Below are positions 6,840 to 12,237 of a stretch of 12,237 bases of DNA, one piece after another. How positions within the stretch are numbered: the stretch's first letter is position 1; each line of letters begins with the position of its first letter. Source of the DNA: Chthonomonadales bacterium (lineage in GTDB: Bacteria; Armatimonadota; Chthonomonadetes; Chthonomonadales; Chthonomonadaceae); the NCBI GenBank assembly GCA_038217285.1, contig JBBQPO010000184.1:1-12237 (forward strand), given 5' to 3'. A program made the position numbers and the translations under genes. The notes beneath the pieces were generated by a model. That model ran no database searches. It was given only the letters and a program-made list of their open reading frames with translations, and was not told the origin of the DNA.

Positions 6840-8081
6840 CTACTCCACCTCGTAGATGTCGGACCAGGAAGCGATCCGATCGACGCTTCTGCGAACGGTA
6901 TCTGCATCGTTCGACTGCAACTCGATATAGAGCGGCGCCCGATAACCGCTGCGGGCGAGCCCCACCGGCTGCCCTGCCACGCCGCGCACCTCATGGTAGA
7001 GATAGCCCGGCAGATCCACCAGTTCGTCCAGATGCCGTATCGCGCGGAGAGCGCCGTTCTGAGCCGGGAACGGCGTGACGATGGCGGCAGATCCCTGCTG
7101 TTTCCGACTCAGATCCGGAATCTTGCCCACCAGAATATCGTGATAAGCGCCAAGCTCATCTATGCCGTAGGCCAGCTTCAAAATACGCGGCCGATTGCCG
7201 CCGGGCCGGGCGGCGATCTCACCCAACCGGGTGCCGATAAACTCGACATGGGCGGCACAACTCGTCATATCCAACGCGCGCACCCCTGCTGTCGCCAGAG
7301 CGTCCAGTCGCTGCTGCTCCACGGCAGGCAGGACCGAAGGCACGATGCGGGCGAAATGATGGTAGTCGTCGATGCCGATATCTTTGCCTGTCAGAACGTC
7401 CACGATCGGCAAAGTGTAGACCCTGCCGGTGTTGTCGATCAGGCAGTCGATCGAGGTGTTGGCACCCTGGAGATACTCCGCCACGATGACCTTGAGCTGC
7501 GTGCCCGGTTTGCCCAGTCTTGCGTAGTACGCCGGGACTTCGCTCTGCATCACGCGATAGTGGCGCAGCAACGTCTCCTCGTCCGGGTTGGAGGTGGACC
7601 ACATGCTGGCGGAGACGTTGGAGGGCTGCAGAAAGACCGGATAGCCCAGTTCGGCGGCGAAGCGGATCAGGTCCGCTTCCGACGTCACGACATGAAAACG
7701 GGCCGAGGCGTCCGGCCCGATCCGCTCTTGAAACCGTTCGCGCATCACGCTCTTATCGAGGCAGAGTTGCGCGGCGGAGGCGGAGATGCTGGGCAGACCG
7801 AGTTGCGCTGCTACCGCCGCCGTCTGCGCCACATAGAACTCGATGACGTTGAAGAGACAGGAGACTCCGCACCGCTCCTGGACTCCCCGCACCGCCTCGA
7901 CAAGCTCTTCCAGTGGGCGGGAAAAGTCGAACCGCTCGACCACCTTGAACTGCGACACATCCGCGAGGCGCTGTCTGTTGTTGGTATCTACCAGCACTCC
8001 CAGCGCGAGACCTCGCTCCTGCAAGGTCTCGTACTCGCCGCGCCGGACCATCCCCAAAAACAGCACGATTCCCGATTCCAA
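6840..8081 (-). CDS. ATP-grasp ligase (L-amino-acid-ligase-like)
   Basis: LCLDKSVMRERF, LGYPVFLQP, EYLQG, AHVEF and GEIAARPGG motifs. GGAG (8092-8089) lies 7 nt before TTG 8081, giving 413 aa without overlapping the aminotransferase. Confidence 0.85.
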   Translation of the reverse strand: MESGIVLFLGMVRRGEYETLQERGLALGVLVDTNNRQRLADVSQFKVVERFDFSRPLEELVEAVRGVQERCGVSCLFNVIEFYVAQTAAVAAQLGLPSISASAAQLCLDKSVMRERFQERIGPDASARFHVVTSEADLIRFAAELGYPVFLQPSNVSASMWSTSNPDEETLLRHYRVMQSEVPAYYARLGKPGTQLKVIVAEYLQGANTSIDCLIDNTGRVYTLPIVDVLTGKDIGIDDYHHFARIVPSVLPAVEQQRLDALATAGVRALDMTSCAAHVEFIGTRLGEIAARPGGNRPRILKLAYGIDELGAYHDILVGKIPDLSRKQQGSAAIVTPFPAQNGALRAIRHLDELVDLPGYLYHEVRGVAGQPVGLARSGYRAPLYIELQSNDADTVRRSVDRIASWSDIYEVE

Positions 8082-8112
8082 TAGTTTTCTCCATGATTTG
8101 AGGGATGCCTCT

Positions 8113-9303
8113 TTAGTCCAGCGAACGAACAAACCGATTCAGACTCTCCAGACCCTCCGTGATCTCCGCCTGGGGGATCGCATACGAGATCCGCAGATGC
8201 CGGTCGGAGCCGAACGCCGACCCCGGCACCACCGCGATATGCGCGTACTGCAGGAGCATCTCGGCCAGAACCTCGACAGACTCCAGGCGATGGCCGTCGA
8301 TAGACTTGCCCAGCAGGCTGCTCACCTCCGGAAAGAGGTAGAACGCGCCTTCCGGGTGAACGAACGGCAGGCCGGGGATCTTCTCCATCAGGTTCATCGC
8401 GGCGGTGCGCTGGCTCGCCAGCTGAGTGCGAACGCCTTCCACAAACGCATCCTCCGACGGCGCGAGCGCGGCCAGAGCGGCGTACTGGACCAGATTGCTG
8501 GCATTGGACGCCGTGTGGCTCTGGAGGTTGCCGATGGCCTTGACGACGGCCTTCGGCGCAGCGAAAAACCCGGCTCTCCACCCGGCCATGCAGTAGGTTT
8601 TCGAGAGCGAGCCGACGAGGATCGTCCGCTCCTTCATCTCTGGGACCAGCTTCACGATATTATGGTGCGTGGCAGGCGCATAGACCAGGGCCTCGTAACA
8701 CTCGTCGAAAATGCAGGTCAGGTTGTGTTTCAAGACAAGGCGCGCCAGTTGCTCCAGAACCTCGGCGCCGTAGACCACGCCGGTCGGGTTGTTGGGCGTG
8801 TTGAGAATGATACCCCGAGTCCGGGGGTTGATCAGTCGTTTCAGGGCGTCGATGTCGATCTGGAAATCGTTCTCGACGGTCGAGAGAAAGACAGGGGTCG
8901 CCCCTGCCAGACGCACCTGCTCCGGAAAGGTGACCCAGTAGGGAGCCGGAATGATCACCTCATCACCCGGCTCAAAGGTCACCATCGCCGCATTGAAGAG
9001 GGCCTGTTTGGCCCCGGCGGTGAAGCCTACCTCCTCGATGTCGTACGATGTGCCGGTCTTCTCGGAGACTCTTTGCGCCAGCCGCTCCCGCAGCTCACGA
9101 ATCCCGAGCGTGTCGGTATACTGCGTGCGACCGGCATCGATGGCCTGTCGCGCCGCCTGCTTGATGTTGGGGCTCGTGTCTTGGTCGAGCTCTCCGGCGG
9201 CGAAGTTGATGATATTCACACCTTCGGCCCGCAGCTTGCGGGCGCGGTTACGCATGCCGGATGTCTGAGATCCTCCGAGGCTCTGCGCGCGCTGAGACAG
9301 CAT
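8113..9303 (-). CDS. PLP-dependent class I/II aminotransferase (aspartate-aminotransferase-like)
   Basis: GELD, AGAKQAL, PYWVTF, NTPNNPTG, DECY, SLSKTYCMAGWRAG (PLP lysine) and LRISY motifs. GGAGG lies 8 nt before ATG 9303; 396 aa. Confidence 0.93.
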   Translation of the reverse strand: MLSQRAQSLGGSQTSGMRNRARKLRAEGVNIINFAAGELDQDTSPNIKQAARQAIDAGRTQYTDTLGIRELRERLAQRVSEKTGTSYDIEEVGFTAGAKQALFNAAMVTFEPGDEVIIPAPYWVTFPEQVRLAGATPVFLSTVENDFQIDIDALKRLINPRTRGIILNTPNNPTGVVYGAEVLEQLARLVLKHNLTCIFDECYEALVYAPATHHNIVKLVPEMKERTILVGSLSKTYCMAGWRAGFFAAPKAVVKAIGNLQSHTASNASNLVQYAALAALAPSEDAFVEGVRTQLASQRTAAMNLMEKIPGLPFVHPEGAFYLFPEVSSLLGKSIDGHRLESVEVLAEMLLQYAHIAVVPGSAFGSDRHLRISYAIPQAEITEGLESLNRFVRSLD

Positions 9304-9307
9304 CGTC

Positions 9308-10207
9308 CTAACCTCCCTCGAACATTCGTTCCAGCGCGTCGATCCGGTTGGCGCCGACATCCTCGGAGACCTTCTTTACCGTAGAGATCTCCTTCTCGAC
9401 TCCGCCGCTCGAGGGCAGTTCCGCCAGCGCACGGAAGACGCGGTCCATGGCGGCATGGGCGGCGCGCAGGCCCTGATTGGCGTGGATGATGTGCGAGGCT
9501 CCTGCCGCGAACAGCTCCGTCTTCGGGATGTGGGAGATACGCGTGGGCGCGAGGAAAACGGGGGTTCGCCGCTGCCAGCCCCGGCAGAAATCGAGGATCT
9601 CCCCGCCAGTTCCATCGACCGACTGGACGAAGACGGCGTCGGCGCCGGCATCGGCATACGCGGAGGCGCGGCTCAACGCCTCTTCCACGCCGAGGCAGGC
9701 CAGGAAGGCTTCGGTGCGCGCGACGATCATACAGTCGCCCTCGATGTCCGCGACCGCAGCTTTGGCGGCACGGACGCGCGCCGAATGCTCTTCGGGCGTC
9801 ACCAGGATGCGCTCGAGGCCATCGTAGAGGCTGCAGCGTTTGGAGCTGGGATTGTCTTCGATGCAGAGGGCGGTGGCGCCCGAGCGGACCATCTCTTTGA
9901 CGACATGGTAGATTTTCAGTGGATCCCCATACCCGGCATCCATATCGACGACGATAGGGAGGGAGGTGTTGCGGCGCACCAGGCGCACCATGCCCAACAT
10001 CTCCTCGGCGCCGAGGATGCCCGCGTCCGGCAGTCCCATCGCCGCGCTGTTGCAGAAGCTGCTCACCCACACGAAATCGAAGGGGTTCTGGGCAGCAAGC
10101 AGGGTGGACAAGCCATCGTGGACGCCGACACCGGTTTGACCGCGGGGATCGAGGAGGCGTCGCAAATTGACTTGCGACGAGACGTGGCTCGCAGGCTCAT
10201 GAATCAT
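9308..10207 (-). CDS. PEP mutase / isocitrate lyase superfamily enzyme with a PepM-like scaffold and non-canonical catalytic loop
   Basis: HDGLS, WVSS, GLPDA, DMDAGYG, IEDNPSSKRCSLY, VARTEA, EEALSRASAYADAGADAVF, APT and IIHANQGLRAA motifs. GGAGAG lies 10 nt before ATG 10207; 299 aa. The symbol pepM is withheld because EDKxxxxxNS is not matched. Confidence 0.88.
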   Translation of the reverse strand: MIHEPASHVSSQVNLRRLLDPRGQTGVGVHDGLSTLLAAQNPFDFVWVSSFCNSAAMGLPDAGILGAEEMLGMVRLVRRNTSLPIVVDMDAGYGDPLKIYHVVKEMVRSGATALCIEDNPSSKRCSLYDGLERILVTPEEHSARVRAAKAAVADIEGDCMIVARTEAFLACLGVEEALSRASAYADAGADAVFVQSVDGTGGEILDFCRGWQRRTPVFLAPTRISHIPKTELFAAGASHIIHANQGLRAAHAAMDRVFRALAELPSSGGVEKEISTVKKVSEDVGANRIDALERMFEGG

Positions 10208-10374
10208 GACTGGTTTTCTCTCCGAAAGATGTGATCCCTGCCAAATCTCGTATAAGGCTGCTGCCAGGGAGAGCAAGGTAACCGACTCTGGTTACGCTCC
10301 GCCGACGCGGTCTGTTGGATTCGTTCGTTGGATCCTGGGGGTGACGATGCTAAGCTATGCGAGAGCATGCGTAG

Positions 10375-10403
10375 ATTATGCCCTCTTAGACGAACTTTTG
10401 CAC
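10375..10403 (-). promoter_or_regulatory. Candidate sigma70-type promoter for the five-gene operon
   Basis: GTGCAA (10403-10398), 17 nt spacer, CATAAT (10380-10375); implies a leader of about 160 nt. Confidence 0.35.
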
Positions 10404-10482
10404 GTCCCGTATCTTAGAGTATTCTGAGGATCGATTTGCGTGGTGACGGAGGGGCGTTTTGCGGGTGCGTAGAGAGCGACGT

Positions 10483-11058
10483 TTAGCGTGGTAGACCGAC
10501 TTCGACATCCAGTCCGTCGCCTTGAACGACGACTCCACGGATAACGGACTTTGCCGCGTTACCCTTCCAGTCATCGGGCAGGTGACCGATTTTGACATCC
10601 GCGAGGCGTGGTGGAACCACCTTACAGAGTTCGGTAAACAGTCCCTGGATCGCAGGCAGGCCGCCGATTGGCTGCAGAATCGGCATAAGCTTCGGAGGAA
10701 CGGTGTCGAGTCTGGCATTCGCCAGGCGGACGTTCGTGAGGAGGAACTCCCCGGCGACAGGATCGTAGTGCAGGTCGCCGTCCAGCGAGAGGCGTCCGGT
10801 GATTGCAGCATCGGGCGTGGCCTCGAGGCGCGTCTTCGCCTCGACGCCGATCCGGTCCGCGTGGAGCAGAACCTGCGGATCGCTGAAGACGACTTTCAGG
10901 AGCAACTCCCGCTTCTCGATAGGGAAGCGCACGGCCAACTGCTCCTGTATCTTCGCCTTCGAGATATGGACGGTGACACTGTCTCGCGCCGGGCATCCGG
11001 TCAACGCCAGAAGCGCCGAAACAGCGAGAAGGTACGCTACAATACGATGGATCTGCAT
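10483..11058 (-). CDS. Putative lipoprotein, DUF1439 (YceB)-like
   Basis: From ATG 11058: basic N-terminus, hydrophobic stretch and lipobox LTGC (Cys22), then ISKAKIQEQLAVRFPIEK, SDPQVLL and LHYDPVAGEFLLTN, which resemble DUF1439; 191 aa. Confidence 0.7.
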   Translation of the reverse strand: MQIHRIVAYLLAVSALLALTGCPARDSVTVHISKAKIQEQLAVRFPIEKRELLLKVVFSDPQVLLHADRIGVEAKTRLEATPDAAITGRLSLDGDLHYDPVAGEFLLTNVRLANARLDTVPPKLMPILQPIGGLPAIQGLFTELCKVVPPRLADVKIGHLPDDWKGNAAKSVIRGVVVQGDGLDVEVGLPR

Positions 11059-11083
11059 GACAATCTTCTTCCCGGCGAAACGG

Positions 11084-11659
11084 TTATAAACGTGATTTTC
11101 GCAGCATTGCGTTAATCTCTGCCGGGTCGAACGCTTCGGCATCGAACTCCCCGCCGATCCATTCGAGCAGCTCTTCATGCTGCGCGTGTTCGGGATCCGC
11201 AATCGCCTCCAGAAACTCAGAATATCCCCACGCCCCGCCGCAATCCTCCGGCGGACAGGCCCGCTTTCCCGTGACGCAGAACGGGTAGGACTGCCCGTCT
11301 TCTGGGGGCAGGATCTTTTCCACGACGATCAGATGCTGCCAATCGTCGCCAAAGTCATAATCGTAGTAGAACTGGCTCTTCGCGGTAGGCGCTATCTGTG
11401 ACAGGCGTATTCTGTTCTCATTCTCCATCCAGTCATCGAGTTCCGGGTCGGGCTCTCCATAGCTGGTATCTCCCACCCGAAAAGCGTGCATATGTCCCCC
11501 GCCCCATCCCATGACCCCCAAGATCAGATGGTGCAGTTTTGGCAGGGTCATATTGGCGGAAACCAGCACACGTCGCCAGACAGGCGGGCGGATGCCCCGC
11601 AGGGTGATCTTCAATTGGTAGATGTCCGCTGTTTCGGTCTTGCTCAAGGCTTTCCGCAT
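11084..11659 (-). CDS. Plasmid pRiA4b ORF-3 family protein
   Basis: YQLKITLRGIRPPVWRRVLV, LHHLI, HMHAF, YDYDFGDDWQH and RACPPEDCGG motifs; GGAGG RBS at 11669-11665. Confidence 0.92.
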   Translation of the reverse strand: MRKALSKTETADIYQLKITLRGIRPPVWRRVLVSANMTLPKLHHLILGVMGWGGGHMHAFRVGDTSYGEPDPELDDWMENENRIRLSQIAPTAKSQFYYDYDFGDDWQHLIVVEKILPPEDGQSYPFCVTGKRACPPEDCGGAWGYSEFLEAIADPEHAQHEELLEWIGGEFDAEAFDPAEINAMLRKSRL

Positions 11660-11669
11660 CGCTTCCTCC

Positions 11670-11819
11670 AGCTATCTCGATTTGCCTCACGGCATCCCCA
11701 GTCATGAGACCTTTGCCCGCCTGTTTGCTCGGTTGCATCCGCAGACCCAGGGAAGTTGTTTGCAAACCTTGACCCAGCAATTGGCCACCTCGCTTGAGAA
11801 ACTCATCGCCCCCGTTTGA
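11670..11819 (+). pseudogene. ISAs1-family transposase internal fragment
   Basis: SYLDLPHGIPSHETFARLFARLHP matches the hallmark ISAs1 motif LxLPxGIPSHDTFxRVFxxLDP. There is no start of its own and it stops at TGA 11817-11819, where the DGK motif would be expected. Confidence 0.75.
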
Positions 11820-11834
11820 TCCGCGTATTGGACT

Positions 11835-12110
11835 CTACTGAAAGAGTGACTGCCTGGTAGCCTCCAGCGTGATCGGTGCGCTCCAGAAGGTATCCTTGCC
11901 CGGCTTGAATCGCGATGCGATGGAGGTGCGGGAGAAGTAGGTGAGTTTCTCCGGGGAGTTGTAGATCTTCTTGAGCTCGTCGCTAGTGAAATCCGAGGAT
12001 TTGCGGGAGTAGCCGAATCGGATCGTCCGCTTCCCCGGTTTGCCACGAAACATCAGCAGACTTGGCTCCTCGACATGTTTTTCGCCCGGCGCGAGGACGG
12101 AATGTGTCAA
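11835..12110 (-). CDS. Hypothetical protein or C-terminal gene fragment (start uncertain)
   Basis: Strong G/C third-position bias over about 11850-12050 (e.g. GAC GAG CTC AAG AAG ATC TAC AAC TCC CCG). No RBS at TTG 12110. The frame has no stop up to the window edge. Confidence 0.45.
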   Translation of the reverse strand: MTHSVLAPGEKHVEEPSLLMFRGKPGKRTIRFGYSRKSSDFTSDELKKIYNSPEKLTYFSRTSIASRFKPGKDTFWSAPITLEATRQSLFQ

Positions 12111-12178
12111 TAGCTTTGAGACACTTTTTTTCGACGGGGACTGTAGTGTTCTCCCGCCAAGGCTCCGTCGATCAGAAC

Positions 12179-12237
12179 CTAATCCATATCTGGTAGTTGA
12201 GCCAAGCTCTCCTCCAGGCGTTCCAGTCTGGCGATCA
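12179..12237 (-). CDS. Possible 3' end of an upstream gene (...IARLERLEESLAQLPDMD*)
   Basis: Amphipathic-helix-like peptide ending at TAG 12181-12179. Only 18 codons are visible and it competes with the open frame of the 11835 ORF. Confidence 0.35.
   Translation of the reverse strand, partial: IARLERLEESLAQLPDMD

Noticed and set aside
7753-8094. 113-aa ORF from ATG 8094 as a frameshifted start of the ATP-grasp gene
   Set aside because: The ATGGAG there provides the GGAG RBS for the in-frame TTG 8081, so no frameshift is needed.
4211-9384. Long plus-strand ORFs (4211-5158, 5230-6768, 6765-8084, 7843-9384)
   Set aside because: Antisense shadows of GC-rich minus-strand genes that carry clear family motifs; they are Arg/Gly-rich with no recognisable motifs.
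9308-10207. Naming the gene pepM, prpB or palA
   Set aside because: The catalytic loop matches none of EDKxxxxxNS, EDQxxxKRCGH or EDKxxPKDTS exactly.
10384-10418. TCTTAGA direct repeat flanking the candidate -35 box
   Set aside because: Two 7-mers 28 nt apart; could be an operator but cannot be distinguished from chance.
12105-12110. Perfect TTGACA on the minus strand
   Set aside because: No -10 element at 16-18 nt spacing.
1-12237. CRISPR arrays, tRNA or rRNA genes, integrase or att sites
   Set aside because: No regularly spaced repeats, cloverleaf or rRNA signatures, or recombinase ORF were seen by eye; a covariance-model scan was not possible.

Overview
Mosaic accessory region with three parts. 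(1) Positions 1-3812, lower GC, look like decaying defence or mobile cargo: a sacsin-type GHKL ATPase gene (minus strand) apparently cut by an insertion sequence entering at a CTAG (137-140), divergent from a type IV toxin-antitoxin pair (AbiEi + AbiEii) whose toxin is frameshifted by a perfect 14-bp tandem duplication. (2) Positions 3905-10207, GC-rich, carry a tightly packed five-gene minus-strand operon: PEP-mutase/isocitrate-lyase-family enzyme, class I/II PLP aminotransferase, ATP-grasp ligase, cytoplasmic gamma-glutamyltransferase-like Ntn hydrolase, MFS exporter. It resembles phosphonoalanine/phosphonoalamide clusters but adds a GGT, and three enzymes have non-canonical active-site residues (EDNxxxKRCS for EDKxxxxxNS; LQP/VAEY for xKP/xEE; NNNMRAF/GSTGS for NNQMDDF/GSPGG). 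This is the best candidate for an undescribed small-molecule pathway. (3) Positions 10483-12237 hold a DUF1439-like lipoprotein, a pRiA4b ORF-3 family protein, an ISAs1 transposase scrap and gene fragments. All family calls come from motif recognition by eye; no searches were run.
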